Of a stretch of 64,000 nt of DNA, positions 1 through 13,145 are shown piece by piece. The stretch is from assembly GCA_963725665.1 (NCBI GenBank), contig CAVRZA010000006.1, positions 416,001 through 480,000 of the forward strand. The letters run 5' to 3'. Every line of letters starts with the position of its first letter. Within the stretch, counting starts at the first letter, position 1. The notes below the pieces were generated by a model, which saw only the letters and a list, made by a program, of their open reading frames with translations, had not been told where the DNA came from and ran no database searches. The translations under genes were made by a program, and so were the position numbers. Source of the stretch: an uncultured Actinomycetes bacterium. Lineage in GTDB: Bacteria > Actinomycetota > Thermoleophilia > UBA2241.

Positions 1-617
1 CGCCCTCCACGCTCAAGCAGAGCGGCGTCGTCGGTCGCCCCCGAGACGTCGGGGCGAGCGTAGGCGGCGCGCAGCGCGTCGGCGCGGAAGAGTTGCGGCG
101 TCTGCACGGCCCACAAGCCCGCGCGGTCGACGGTCTCGATGACGCCGCCCTCGGCGTCGGCCCGCTTCAAGGTGTCGGCCACGGGGTAGGCGGGGATGGC
201 GCCGTCGAGGCCGTCGAGACCGGCGAGCGCCGACAAGCAGTCCTCGAACACGCGCTTGCTGAACAGGGGACGCGCGCCGTCGTGCACGGCGATGAACTCG
301 GTCTCAGCCGGCACCTCGAGAAGCCCGGCGCGAATCGAGTCGCAGCGGTCGCGCCCGCCCTCGGCGATTAGGATCGGCTTACCTTCCTCGAGGAAGAGGA
401 GCTCGTTGGCGAAGCGAACGGTGTGCGAGGGGTGCAGGACGACGACGACCCCGGCCACCGCCGGAACCGCGAGCAGGCGGCGCACCGAGTGGCAGAGCAC
501 GGGCTCGCCCCCGAGGAGCAAGAACTGCTTCGACTCGCCCTCGGGCAGGCCCATGCGCCGGCTCTCGCCGGCCGCGGCGACCACCGCCCAGACCGACCCC
601 TCGCGTCCATCGCTCAT
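1..617 (-). CDS. ispD: 2-C-methyl-D-erythritol 4-phosphate cytidylyltransferase (3' end runs off window)
   Basis: Hand translation from ATG 617: MSDGREGSVWAVVAAAGESRRMG..KQFLLLGGEPVLCHS; follows yacL as in the conserved locus. Confidence 0.9.
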   Translation of the reverse strand, partial: MSDGREGSVWAVVAAAGESRRMGLPEGESKQFLLLGGEPVLCHSVRRLLAVPAVAGVVVVLHPSHTVRFANELLFLEEGKPILIAEGGRDRCDSIRAGLLEVPAETEFIAVHDGARPLFSKRVFEDCLSALAGLDGLDGAIPAYPVADTLKRADAEGGVIETVDRAGLWAVQTPQLFRADALRAAYARPDVSGATDDAALLERGG

Positions 618-659
618 GGCGACATCACTCCCTTCGGGTCACCGGGCGGCCCGGCGTCC

Positions 660-1712
660 TCATCGCACCAGTCTGGTGAAGATCATCTTCCCCGAGGGGC
701 TTTGCAGAACGCTCGTCACCTCGGCTTTGACCGTGCTCCCGATGAGCGGTCTCGCCCCCTCGACCACGATCATCGTGCCGTCGTCGAGGTAGCCCACGCC
801 CTGCTCGTGCTCGCGCCCCTCTCGCAGGACCTTGACCTCGATCTCCTCCCCGGGCAGCACGACTGTCTTCACGGCGTTCGCGAGCTCGTTGACGTTGAGC
901 ACGCCGACTCCCTGGATGTCGGCCACTTTGTTGAGGTTGTAGTCGGTGGTCAGGATGTCGGCGTGCAGCTCGAGGGCCAGGCGTACGAGCTTGGCGTCGA
1001 CAGCGGACAGATCATCGTAGTCGTTGTCGATCACGCGCACGTGGCGCGACAGGCCTTTCAGCTCCTTGACCACGTCGAGTCCCCGGCGCCCCCGGATGCG
1101 CTTCTCGGGATCGCCCGAGTCGGCCACGCGTTGGATCTCGTGGACGACGAAGCGCGGGATGAGCAGCTCGCCGTCGAGGAAGTGGGCCTTGACGATGTCG
1201 GCCACGCGCCCGTCGATGATCGCGCTGGAGTCGAGGACCTTGCGCGACGACGAGGAGCCGTCGCTCCCGTGCGGCGGCGGGTTGATGCCGATCAGGCGCA
1301 GGATGTCGACGTGCTTGCGCGCCGCCAGGTAGGCGGTGATGTAGCCCACGATGAGGAAGAGCGGCACCAGAAGGTAGTTGCCCACGTAGGGGAGGTCTTT
1401 GAGTGCCAGGCTGAAGAGGGCCGCGATGCCGAGGCCGACGATCAGGCCGGCGGTGCCGACGACGATCTGCGAACCGGGGACCTTGGAGAGGGACTGCTCG
1501 AAGTGGTGCAGGAGGCGCTGAGCTCCCCTCCCCAGAAAGCCGCCCGCGATGAAGCCGACTAGGCCACCCACGAGCACCAGGACGATGACCGCAACGATGT
1601 TGTAGCGCTCGGGGATCGACGGCACGATCTGGCCGCGCCGCAACGTCGTGAACTGGTAAGCGGCGACGGCACCGAGGACTGAGAAGACGAGACGGACGGC
1701 TACGACGAACAA
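660..1712 (-). CDS. yacL: Membrane PIN/TRAM-domain protein (YacL family)
   Basis: N-terminal TM helices, PIN motif VLDSSAIIDGR, TRAM motif QGVGYLDDGTMIVVE. Confidence 0.9.
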   Translation of the reverse strand: MFVVAVRLVFSVLGAVAAYQFTTLRRGQIVPSIPERYNIVAVIVLVLVGGLVGFIAGGFLGRGAQRLLHHFEQSLSKVPGSQIVVGTAGLIVGLGIAALFSLALKDLPYVGNYLLVPLFLIVGYITAYLAARKHVDILRLIGINPPPHGSDGSSSSRKVLDSSAIIDGRVADIVKAHFLDGELLIPRFVVHEIQRVADSGDPEKRIRGRRGLDVVKELKGLSRHVRVIDNDYDDLSAVDAKLVRLALELHADILTTDYNLNKVADIQGVGVLNVNELANAVKTVVLPGEEIEVKVLREGREHEQGVGYLDDGTMIVVEGARPLIGSTVKAEVTSVLQSPSGKMIFTRLVR

Positions 1713-1750
1713 GGAGGTCCCCTTCGGCGTCGCCTAGTGGCGGAGGGCGT

Positions 1751-2329
1751 CTAGGATACCGAAGCCACCTGGGGTTCGACGGGCACCGTCGGCGGCACCC
1801 GGCCGCCGTTCACCTCGCCGAGGATCCCATCGAGGAACAGGTTGGCATCGTCTTCGGAGAGGTTGCGGGCGTACATGAGCTCGCTGGCGAGGATCTTCTT
1901 GGCCTTCGAGAACATCTGCTTCTCACCGGTCGAGAGACCCTTGTCGGCGTGGCGCACGGAGAGGTTGCGCACGACCTCGGCGACCTCGAAGATGTCGCCC
2001 GTCTTGAGCTTGTCGCGGTTGTGCTTGTAGCGGCGGCTCCAGTTCTTGGGCATCTTGGTGGGTCGACCGCGGAGCACCTCAAGCACGTCATCGACGACCC
2101 GCGGATCGACGACCTTGCGGATGCCGGCGCGGTCGGCGTTCTCGACCGGCACCATGACCTTCATGTCGTTGTGCAGGATCTGGATGGTCAGGTACTCGCG
2201 AAGCTGACCAAGGACCTCTTTGCGCTCGATCTGCATGATCTTCCCCGCGCCGTGGTGGGGATAGACCACTTTGTCGCCGACCTCGTACAACCTCTCAGTC
2301 CTCCCTTGCGTCCGCGCCTCGTGAGACAT
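1751..2329 (-). CDS. carD: CarD-family RNA polymerase-binding regulator
   Basis: VGDKVVYPHHGAGKI, NWSRRYK, LSTGEKQM; exact start uncertain. Confidence 0.92.
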   Translation of the reverse strand: MSHEARTQGRTERLYEVGDKVVYPHHGAGKIMQIERKEVLGQLREYLTIQILHNDMKVMVPVENADRAGIRKVVDPRVVDDVLEVLRGRPTKMPKNWSRRYKHNRDKLKTGDIFEVAEVVRNLSVRHADKGLSTGEKQMFSKAKKILASELMYARNLSEDDANLFLDGILGEVNGGRVPPTVPVEPQVASVS

Positions 2330-3743
2330 CGCGCTTGCGCGCGGCCGGTCCGCCGACCCTGCCTACCGCTGCTCTCACATCGGCGAGGCCGACGGCATCG
2401 GGGACATGCCCGCCGACGCGCCGGGCATCGGAACGGGGCATGAGGATGGCACCGAGACCGACCCTTCTAGCCTCAGCGCAGCGCCGCTCAGGCTGACTCG
2501 ACGAGCGCAACTCTCCGGTGAGACTGATCTCGCCGAACGACGCTGTACCTGGGAGCGGCACACCACGTTCGGCTGAGGCTATCGCCAAGGCGACAGCCAA
2601 GTCGGCCGCGGGCTCCTCGATGCGCATGCCGCCTGCTATGTTAACAAATATGTCGGAGGACGCCAAAGCGAGGTTGGCGTGTCTCGTTAGTACGGCGAGT
2701 ATCATCGCGAGCCGGTTGCGGTCGAACCCGGTCGCCACACGACGCGGCATGGCGAGCTCGCTCCTGCTGACCAGAGCCTGGACCTCGACAAGGAAGCAGC
2801 GCGTGCCCTCGACCGCGACGTGCACGCAGGAGCCGGCTGCGGGAGCCTGTTCCGAGAGGAAGAGGCGCGAGGGGTCCTCGACGCCGAGCAGGCCGCCCTC
2901 GGTCATCTCGAACACCCCCAGCTCGTTGGTCGAGCCGAAGCGGTTCTTGGCCGCGCGCAGCACGCGGAAGAAGCGGTCGCGGTCGCCCTCGAACTGCAGC
3001 ACCGTGTCGACCATGTGCTCGAGCACGCGCGGCCCGGCGATGGCGCCGTCCTTGGTGACGTGGCCGACGAGGAACACCGCCACCCCGCTGTCTTTCGCCA
3101 GGCGCAGGAAGCGCCCGGCGGCCTCGCGCACCTGGCTCACGCTGCCGGGCGCCGACGAGAGCTCGCCGGCGTAGAGAGTCTGCACGGAGTCGACGACGAC
3201 GACCGCCGGGCGCTCCTCGTCGACGGCGGCGATCACCGACTCGAGCTCGGTCTCGGCCAGGACGCCGATGCGGTCGAGGCTGCCCCGGCAGATGCGCTCG
3301 GCGCGCATGCGCACCTGGGCCGCCGACTCTTCGCCGCACACGATCAGCACCGGACGGGCGGCCGAGACCGCATCGGCCACCTGCAGCAGCAAGGTGCTCT
3401 TGCCGATGCCCGGCTCGCCGCCGACGAGCACCAGCGAGCCCGGCACGATCCCGCCCCCGAGAACGAGGTCTAGCTCGGCGATGCCCGACGAGAACCGGCC
3501 GACCGTGGACGAGGCGACCTCGGAGAGGGCGACGGGGCGGGCGGCGCCGCCGCCCGGCCCGTCGCCGCGACCTGCGGGCGCACCAAGGCCCCGGCCGCGG
3601 CCGCCCTTGGCGGCCCGGGCCGGGGCCTTGACGATCTCTTCGGCGAAGCTGTTCCAGGCGCCGCAGTCGGGACAATGGCCCAGCCACTTGGGCTCGCTGC
3701 GCCCGCATTGCGCGCAGACGAAGACGGTCTGGCGCTTGTTCAC
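2295..3743 (-). CDS. radA: DNA repair protein RadA/Sms
   Basis: CAQC..CPDC Zn finger, GGEPGIGKSTLL, KNRFG motif; GTG start at 3743. Confidence 0.95.
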   Translation of the reverse strand: MNKRQTVFVCAQCGRSEPKWLGHCPDCGAWNSFAEEIVKAPARAAKGGRGRGLGAPAGRGDGPGGGAARPVALSEVASSTVGRFSSGIAELDLVLGGGIVPGSLVLVGGEPGIGKSTLLLQVADAVSAARPVLIVCGEESAAQVRMRAERICRGSLDRIGVLAETELESVIAAVDEERPAVVVVDSVQTLYAGELSSAPGSVSQVREAAGRFLRLAKDSGVAVFLVGHVTKDGAIAGPRVLEHMVDTVLQFEGDRDRFFRVLRAAKNRFGSTNELGVFEMTEGGLLGVEDPSRLFLSEQAPAAGSCVHVAVEGTRCFLVEVQALVSRSELAMPRRVATGFDRNRLAMILAVLTRHANLALASSDIFVNIAGGMRIEEPAADLAVALAIASAERGVPLPGTASFGEISLTGELRSSSQPERRCAEARRVGLGAILMPRSDARRVGGHVPDAVGLADVRAAVGRVGGPAARKRDVSRGADARED

Positions 3744-3830
3744 GCCGTCACATCCCCCTGCCCGACGTGGCCCGGCGCAACGGGCGCCCAAAGGGCTGAG
3801 CACGGAGCCGGCGACGCAGTCACTCGACCG

Positions 3831-6380
<2,550 letters not shown>

Positions 6381-6732
6381 CTCTCCTCCTCAAGCGAACG
6401 CGGTCGCTCTGTGGTCTCGCCGCTCCCCGATCCGAGAAAGGGCAACGCCCGCTCGACCCTCCGCCAGCCCGCCTATCGGCCCGCGGAGCCACTTTCTATA
6501 GTACCCGGAATCCCCGACGCTCACGACCCGGCCTCCGACGCTCCCGGGTGACGTAGGAGACGTCGCCGACCTTCGTTCCGAAGTGGTCTGGCGGGAAGCG
6601 CAGGAAGCGACGCGAGAGCGGCTCGCCGCCGAGTGTTCCCTGAAGAGCGCCGCGCCACACGCGCGCGACGGGGTTCCAGGATAGAGCGACTATACCACGG
6701 GCGAGGGTGAAACGGCTCTGTAGGCCGGCCGC

Positions 6733-8217
6733 CTAGCCGCGCAGCTGCGGAAAGAGGATGACGTCGCGGATCGAAGCGGCGCCGGTGAGGATCATGACGA
6801 CGCGGTCGATCCCCATGCCCATGCCGCCCGTGGGCGGCATGCCGTGCTCCATCGCCTCGAGGAAGTCCTCGTCGAGACGATGGGCCGTCTCGTCGCCGGC
6901 CGCAAGGTCGTCCATGTGCTGCAGGAAGCGCTCCCGCTGGTCGTCGGGGTCGTTGAGCTCGGAGAACGCGTTGCTGGTCTCCATCCCGGCGATGAAGCCC
7001 TCGAAGCGCTCGACGAAGCGCGGATCGTGGGGCGTCTTCTTCGCGAAGGGGCTCGTCTCGATCGGATGCTCGGTGATGAACACCGGCTGGATCAGGTCCG
7101 GTTCGACCGTCTCCGAGAAGAGCTCGTCGACCTGCAGCCCCCACGTCGGCGCCAGGGGGACCCTCTCGTCGAGGCCTTTCGCCTTGATGGCGGCCTGCAA
7201 GCCGGCCACTTCGCGCACGTCGTCGGCGCCGATGTCGATGCCGGTCTTCTCGCGGATGGCCTCACGCATCGTCTTGCGCGGCCACGGAGGGGTGAGGTCG
7301 ATCTCGTGGTCGCGGAACGTGACTTTGAGGTCTCCGACGACCCGGGCGGCTGTCACCAGCAGCTCTTCCACCATGTCCATCACATGGTTGTAGTCGACGT
7401 AGGCCTCGTAGGTCTCGAGCATGGTGAACTCGGGGTTGTGCTTGAAACTCACGCCTTCGTTGCGGAAGTCCTTGCCGATCTCATAGACCTTGTCGATGCC
7501 GCCGATGATGAGTCGCTTGAGATAGAGCTCGACGGCGATGCGCAGGTACAGGTCGCGATGCAGCTCGTTGTGGTGCGTCACGAACGGCCGCGCCATGGCG
7601 CCACCGTAGAGCGGCTGCAGGATCGGAGTCTCGACCTCGACGAAGCCACGCTCGTCGAGGAACTCGCGGATGGCCGAGATGATCCGCGCGCGCTTCATGA
7701 AGACCTCGCGCGACTCGTCGTTGACGATCGTGTCGAGGTAGCGCTTACGGTAGCGGAGCTCGACGTCGTGCAGGCCGTGGAACTTCTCCGGCAACGGACG
7801 CACCGACTTGGTGAGGAGCTCGACCGAGCTCACGCGCAGCGAGAGCTCTCCGCGGCGCGTGCGCAGCATCGTGCCCTCGGCGCCGATGATGTCGCCCAGG
7901 TCGAGATCGCGCACCGCCTCGTAGGCGTCGCCGAGCGAGTCGGCGGAGGCGAGCAGCTGCAGCTCGCCGCTGCCGTCCTTCACCACCAGGAATGAGAGCC
8001 CGCCGTGCAGGCGCTTGGCCATGACGCGGCCGGCTACGCGGTGGACGGCCGCGTCTTCCTCGCCGTCGGCGAGCCGCTCGTAACTCTCACGCAGGCCCGC
8101 TATCTCTTCGCGCCGATCGTACTTGGTCGGGAACGGTACGGCGCAGCGCCGGCGCAACTCGTCGAGCTTGCGCCGCCGTTCTTCGAGGAGGCTCCCCGGC
8201 TGCTCGTCAGAGTGCAC
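6733..8217 (-). CDS. lysS: Lysyl-tRNA synthetase (class II)
   Basis: FRNEG..HNPEFTMLE, GMPPTGGMGMGIDR, DVILFP. Confidence 0.96.
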   Translation of the reverse strand: MHSDEQPGSLLEERRRKLDELRRRCAVPFPTKYDRREEIAGLRESYERLADGEEDAAVHRVAGRVMAKRLHGGLSFLVVKDGSGELQLLASADSLGDAYEAVRDLDLGDIIGAEGTMLRTRRGELSLRVSSVELLTKSVRPLPEKFHGLHDVELRYRKRYLDTIVNDESREVFMKRARIISAIREFLDERGFVEVETPILQPLYGGAMARPFVTHHNELHRDLYLRIAVELYLKRLIIGGIDKVYEIGKDFRNEGVSFKHNPEFTMLETYEAYVDYNHVMDMVEELLVTAARVVGDLKVTFRDHEIDLTPPWPRKTMREAIREKTGIDIGADDVREVAGLQAAIKAKGLDERVPLAPTWGLQVDELFSETVEPDLIQPVFITEHPIETSPFAKKTPHDPRFVERFEGFIAGMETSNAFSELNDPDDQRERFLQHMDDLAAGDETAHRLDEDFLEAMEHGMPPTGGMGMGIDRVVMILTGAASIRDVILFPQLRG

Positions 8218-8233
8218 GCGAGAGACTGCCGGC

Positions 8234-8716
8234 CTAGTCGGCCCGTTCTATCGTGAGGATCTTGAGGTGCATCGCGCCCTGCGGCACCGTCACCGTGACC
8301 TCGTCGCCGGGGACCTGGCCGATGATGGCGCGACCCACGGGAGACTCGTTGGAGAGCTTGTGTTTCGATGGGTCGGCCTCGGCCGACCCGACGATCGAGT
8401 ACTCGAGGACCGCGCCGCGGTCCATGTCCTGCAGCGTGACCTTGGTGCCCACGCCGACGGTATCGGTCTTCACGTCCTTGGCGTCGATCACGATGGCGCT
8501 GCGCAGTCTCTCCTCGAGGGCGAAGATGCGCTGTTCCAGCATCGCCTGCTCGTTCTTGGCGTCGTCGTACTCGGAGTTCTCGCTGATGTCGCCGAAGTAG
8601 CGCGACTCTTTGATGCGCTCGGCGACCTCCTCACGCTTCTTGGTCGAGAGGTAGTCGATCTCCTCCTTGAGCCTCCGATAACCCTCGGGGGTGAGGATGA
8701 TCTCTCTGTCCAGCAA
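8234..8716 (-). CDS. greA: Transcription elongation factor GreA
   Basis: GDISENSEYDDAKNEQ, SPVGRAIIG; TTG start at 8716 follows AAGGAG. Confidence 0.95.
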   Translation of the reverse strand: MLDREIILTPEGYRRLKEEIDYLSTKKREEVAERIKESRYFGDISENSEYDDAKNEQAMLEQRIFALEERLRSAIVIDAKDVKTDTVGVGTKVTLQDMDRGAVLEYSIVGSAEADPSKHKLSNESPVGRAIIGQVPGDEVTVTVPQGAMHLKILTIERAD

Positions 8717-8846
8717 CTCAGCTCCTTTGTTCACCGCTGCCGCAGCGGCCCTGTGGCTGAAAGCTAGCCATTATAGGCAGTCGGGACACCTCATGCAAAG
8801 AGGCGAACGGTGGACATCGATCCCCGTGCCGTCACCGCTGCCCCAC

Positions 8847-9803
8847 CTAGGTTCGCCGCAGCAGGTCCCGAACCTCGTCGAGACTCCGTGCCTGCATGAG
8901 TTCCCGTACGAGGCGGCCGTCAATCGTCCCGCTGCGCCGGAAGCGCGGCCAGAACCGGCGCAGATAGCCCACGGCACGCTCCCCGCGCTCCCGCGCCGCC
9001 TCATCGACGAAGCGATCGACTTCCTTGAGCTGCTCTTCAAGGGGGGGCCGCTCTCCGCCGGTGAGGATTTCGCGGAAGAGCCACGGGCGACCGAGGGCGG
9101 CGCGGGCCAGCATGACGGCGGCGCAGCCGCCGTCGAGGAGGCCCGCGCACACCGCCCCGTCCGTGACATCGCCCGAGGCGATGACCGGCACAGGCAGGCG
9201 CCGCGCCAGCGCCAGCGTAAGCGCGTGGTCGGCCTTACCGCGGTAGAGCTGGCTCGCCGAGCGCGGGTGGAGGCAGACGGCAGCCACGCCGGCGGCGACC
9301 AGGCGGGGCGCCAAGTCGACCCCCGCCTGGTCGCCGCCGGTCAGGCCGGAGCGCAGCTTCACCGTCAGCGGCACGCGCGGTGGCAGAACGGCCGCGGCGG
9401 CAGCCACGACGCGCTCCGCCAGGTCCGGCTCGCGCAGGAGAGCGGCGCCGGCTCCCGTCTTCATCACCTTGCGCACCGGACAGGCGAAGTTGAGGTCGAC
9501 GAGGTCGGCGCCGGCGGCCACGCAGACGGCGGCCGCCTCGGCCATCAGCCCCGGGTCGGCGCCGAAGATCTGGAAGCCGATGGGGTGCTCGTCGTCGCCG
9601 ATCTCGAGATACCGGCGCGTGTGCGGGTTGCCGTAGGCGATGCCGTGCGACGAGATCATCTCGGTGAAGACGAGGCCGGCGCCCCAGCGCCGGACGCTGC
9701 GCCGGAACGGCCGTGTGGTGATACCGGCCATGGGCGCCATAGCGAGGCGGCGGTCGAGGCGCAGCGCGCCGATGGCGAAAGGGGTCGCGAGGCCGCCCGT
9801 CAC
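8847..9803 (-). CDS. dusB: tRNA-dihydrouridine synthase (DusB/NifR3 family)
   Basis: MAPMAGIT, DLNFACP, TVKLRSG. Confidence 0.88.
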   Translation of the reverse strand: MTGGLATPFAIGALRLDRRLAMAPMAGITTRPFRRSVRRWGAGLVFTEMISSHGIAYGNPHTRRYLEIGDDEHPIGFQIFGADPGLMAEAAAVCVAAGADLVDLNFACPVRKVMKTGAGAALLREPDLAERVVAAAAAVLPPRVPLTVKLRSGLTGGDQAGVDLAPRLVAAGVAAVCLHPRSASQLYRGKADHALTLALARRLPVPVIASGDVTDGAVCAGLLDGGCAAVMLARAALGRPWLFREILTGGERPPLEEQLKEVDRFVDEAARERGERAVGYLRRFWPRFRRSGTIDGRLVRELMQARSLDEVRDLLRRT

Positions 9804-9821
9804 GGCAGACGCGGGGGGCGG

Positions 9822-10610
9822 CTAGCTCTCGCGCTCGTGCGCCGGGCGCTGGCGCCGGAGGAGGATCTCGATGCCCTTCAGGGTGAGGAAGGGGTCGACG
9901 GCCGAGATCGTCGTCGTGTGGCGCGCGATGAGCTCGGCGAGGCCGCCCGTCGCTACGACGGGCGCGGCCTCGCCGAGCTCATCGCGCACGGCGGCGACGA
10001 TCCCGTCGACCTGTCCGGCGAAGCCGTACACGGCGCCGACCTGCATCGCCTCGACCGTGTCGCGGCCGATGCGGCGCTCGGGCTCCGCGATATCGACCTT
10101 GATCAGCTTCGCGGCCCGCGTCGTGAGCGCCTCCATCGACACCTCCACGCCGGGAGCGATGACGCCCCCGGCGTAGTCGCCCTCAGCGTTCACCACGTCG
10201 AAGTTGGTCGAGGTGCCGAAGTCGACCACGATCAGCGGGCGACCGTAGAACTCGGCCCCCGCCACCGCGTTGACGATGCGGTCGGCGCCCACCTCAGCCG
10301 GGTTCTTGAGCAGGATGCGCATGCCGGTGCGCATGCCGGGACCGACGACGAAGGCTTCGACGCCGAGGCGCTTGCGGCACATCTCGGCCCACTGCGTCGT
10401 GAGACGCGGTACGACTGAGGCGATGCCGACCTCGTCCACCAGATCGGCCGGTCTCGCGTCACGCAGCGAGAAGAAGCCGACGAGGAGCCCGGCGAGCTCG
10501 TCGCCCGTGCGATGACGCACCGTAGCGATGCGCCAGTGGTCGATGACCTCGCGGCCGTCGAGGAGGCCGATGGCCGTCTGCGTGTTGCCGACGTCGACCG
10601 CGAGAAGCAC
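9822..10610 (-). CDS. coaX: Type III pantothenate kinase
   Basis: LLAVDVGNTQT, EVGADRI, VDFGTSTNFD. Confidence 0.93.
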   Translation of the reverse strand: MLLAVDVGNTQTAIGLLDGREVIDHWRIATVRHRTGDELAGLLVGFFSLRDARPADLVDEVGIASVVPRLTTQWAEMCRKRLGVEAFVVGPGMRTGMRILLKNPAEVGADRIVNAVAGAEFYGRPLIVVDFGTSTNFDVVNAEGDYAGGVIAPGVEVSMEALTTRAAKLIKVDIAEPERRIGRDTVEAMQVGAVYGFAGQVDGIVAAVRDELGEAAPVVATGGLAELIARHTTTISAVDPFLTLKGIEILLRRQRPAHERES

Positions 10611-11437
10611 TAGCACACCGCCTCGACGACCATGTGCAGGTCGATCCACGGCGCGTGCGTGGTCAGCGCGCCGACACTGATGATGTCGGCGCCGGCGTCG
10701 GCCAGCGCGCGCACGTTCTCGAGCCGTACCCCGCCGGAGACCTCGACCACGGCGCGGCCGGCGACCCGGGCGACCGCCGCGCGCACGGTCTCAAGGTCCA
10801 TGTTGTCGAGCAGCACGGCGGGGACCCCGCACGAGAGCGCCTCGTCGAGCTGCTGGAGCGTGTCGACCTCGACGATCAGCCCGTGGGCGTGCGCGAGGCC
10901 GGCGCGCACCCGCGCGACGGCCTCGCGCACGCCCCCGGCCGCCGCGACGTGGTTGTCCTTGATCATGGCCGCGTCGAAGAGCCCGAAGCGGTGCGGTGCC
11001 GCGCCCCCATGCGCCATGGCGGCGCGCTCGAGGGCGCGCAGGCCCGGCGTCGTCTTGCGCGTGCCGGCGATGCGCGCGCCCGTGCCTTCGGTCTCGGCGA
11101 CGAAGCGCGCCGTCTGCGCGGCCACGCCCGAGAGGCGGGCGAGGAAGTTGAGCCCGGTGCGCTCGAGGGCCAGGATGCTCGCGGACCGGCCCTGGAGCGC
11201 ACAGAGCGTGGCGCCGGGGGCGAAGCGCCCGCCGTCGCGCACCACGAACGTGACCGCGAGCTCGGGGTCCACGAGGCGGGCCGCGGCGGCGAACGGCTCG
11301 CTGCCGCTGAGAACGCCTTCTTCGCGCGCCTCGACGCGGGCCCTGCCGGGCCCGTCGAAGGCGCCCCCCGTGAGGTCACCGTAGCCGGCGAGGTCCTCCG
11401 CGAGTGCGCGCTCGGCGGCCAGCCGCGCGTCGTCCAC
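10610..11437 (-). CDS. nadC: Nicotinate-nucleotide pyrophosphorylase
   Basis: TRKTTPGLR, MIKDNH, LLDNM. Confidence 0.95.
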   Translation of the reverse strand: MDDARLAAERALAEDLAGYGDLTGGAFDGPGRARVEAREEGVLSGSEPFAAAARLVDPELAVTFVVRDGGRFAPGATLCALQGRSASILALERTGLNFLARLSGVAAQTARFVAETEGTGARIAGTRKTTPGLRALERAAMAHGGAAPHRFGLFDAAMIKDNHVAAAGGVREAVARVRAGLAHAHGLIVEVDTLQQLDEALSCGVPAVLLDNMDLETVRAAVARVAGRAVVEVSGGVRLENVRALADAGADIISVGALTTHAPWIDLHMVVEAVC

Positions 11438-11476
11438 CTAGTGCTCCCTCGGATCCGCCGCCCACGCGCAGCCCAC

Positions 11477-13141
11477 CTAGCGGTCCCCCGTGTCGTTCTG
11501 CCCTAGCGCCTCATCGACCGTGCGCGCGTCCCGCGGGCGGAACTCGGGCAGGCGGAGGTTGACGTGACGCCTCCAGTTCCAGTCGTCCCGCTCCGGGAAG
11601 TCGTCGCGCAGGTGCACGCCGCGCGTCTCCTGCCGCAGCAGCGCGGTCTCGGCTATCTGGGTGGCGAGCGTCATCAGGTTGAGGAGCTCGAACTCGGCCA
11701 CCCCCGCGTCCGACAGCCGGAGGTCGGAGTACAGCCCGCGCAGCTCCGTGAGGGCGTCCATGAGACCCTCCTCGTTGCGCACAACGCCGACCTTCGTCGA
11801 CATCACAGCGTTCAGGCGCGCCCGCACCTCCGCCACGTTGCTCGCGTCGCCACGACGAGGCGCCGCCTGGGGGAGCTCGAAGCGCAGGCGGCGCACGTCT
11901 TCTCCCAGCCGGCCGATGTAGCGGTCGAGGTCGCGCACGACGCGATCCGAGAAGACCAGCCCCTCGAGGAGCGAGTTCGAGGCCAGACGGTTGGCGCCGT
12001 GCACCCCGTTGTTGGCAACCTCACCGCTGGCATACAGACCGGGGATCGTCGTGCGCCCCCAGACGTCGGTCGCGACGCCGCCGATGAAGTAGTGCGCCAC
12101 GGGCGTCACGGGGATGCGGTCACGCGCCAGGTGAAGGCCGTGCTCGGCGAGACCCGAGCTGACCTTGGGGAATCGCTCGACGAGCATCGCCGGATCGAGG
12201 TGCGTCGCGTCGAGGAGCACGTGCCCGGAGCCCGAGCTGCGCATCTCCTCCACCATGGCGCGCACGACCACGTCGCGCGCCGCCAGCTCGGCCTTGGGGT
12301 CGCGCCGCAGCATGAACCGCTCCCCAGCCGTGTTGCGCAGGTAGGCCCCCTCACCGCGCAGGGCCTCGGTGATGAGCAGCGCCGGAGAGCCGCCGACGGC
12401 GAGACCCGTCGGGTGGAACTGCACAAACTCCAGGTCTCGCAGCACGGCGCCAGCCCGGTAGGCCATGGCCATGCCGTCCCCGGTGGCCACTGTCGGGTTG
12501 GTGGTGCGCGCGTAGACCTGCCCGGCACCGCCCGCGGCCAGCACCGTCACCATCGCCAGATTGAGCGTCATCTCGCCATCGGCAAGATCCATGGAGAGGG
12601 CGCCCACGCAGCGTCCGTCGACGGTGAGCAGGTCGACCACGAACTCGTTCTCGTAGAGCTCCACGCGGCTGCCCATCTGGGCCGCCTCGCTGAGGGCGCT
12701 GGCCACGACTCGTCCTGTGGCGTCGCCGCCGGCGTGCACGATGCGCGACACCGAGTGCGCTCCCTCACGCCCGAGGACGATCTCGCCGTCCTTGCGGTCG
12801 AAGCGCGGGCAGATCTCCATCAGCTCGCGCACGCGGTCGGGGCCCTCGTTGACCAGCACGCGCACGGCTTCTTCGTCGCAGAGGCCGGCACCGGCGTTGA
12901 CCGTGTCCTGGAAGTGCAGCTCGGGCGAGTCGGCCGGTCCCAGAGCCGCGGCGATGCCACCCTGGGCCAGGAAGGTGGTGGTGTCGTCGAGCGTCGACTT
13001 GGTCAGCAGGCCGACGTGCCAGCGCCGGGCGGCGGCGATGGCGGCCGCCAGGCCGGCTATGCCGCCGCCCAGGACGAGCACGTCGAACTGCCGGCGCGCA
13101 AGCGGCTGCTCGGTGACGCTGGCGAGATAGGGGCGAGGCAT
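11477..13141 (-). CDS. nadB: L-aspartate oxidase
   Basis: AQGGIAA, QFHPTG, LITEALRGEG, HGANRLASNSLLE. Confidence 0.95.
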   Translation of the reverse strand: MPRPYLASVTEQPLARRQFDVLVLGGGIAGLAAAIAAARRWHVGLLTKSTLDDTTTFLAQGGIAAALGPADSPELHFQDTVNAGAGLCDEEAVRVLVNEGPDRVRELMEICPRFDRKDGEIVLGREGAHSVSRIVHAGGDATGRVVASALSEAAQMGSRVELYENEFVVDLLTVDGRCVGALSMDLADGEMTLNLAMVTVLAAGGAGQVYARTTNPTVATGDGMAMAYRAGAVLRDLEFVQFHPTGLAVGGSPALLITEALRGEGAYLRNTAGERFMLRRDPKAELAARDVVVRAMVEEMRSSGSGHVLLDATHLDPAMLVERFPKVSSGLAEHGLHLARDRIPVTPVAHYFIGGVATDVWGRTTIPGLYASGEVANNGVHGANRLASNSLLEGLVFSDRVVRDLDRYIGRLGEDVRRLRFELPQAAPRRGDASNVAEVRARLNAVMSTKVGVVRNEEGLMDALTELRGLYSDLRLSDAGVAEFELLNLMTLATQIAETALLRQETRGVHLRDDFPERDDWNWRRHVNLRLPEFRPRDARTVDEALGQNDTGDR

Positions 13142-13145
13142 GACC

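Noticed and set aside
6540-6684. + strand fragment DLRSEVVWREAQEATRERLAAECSL resembling an Rrf2 C-terminus
   Set aside because: No start, RBS or HTH portion; the resemblance could be chance.
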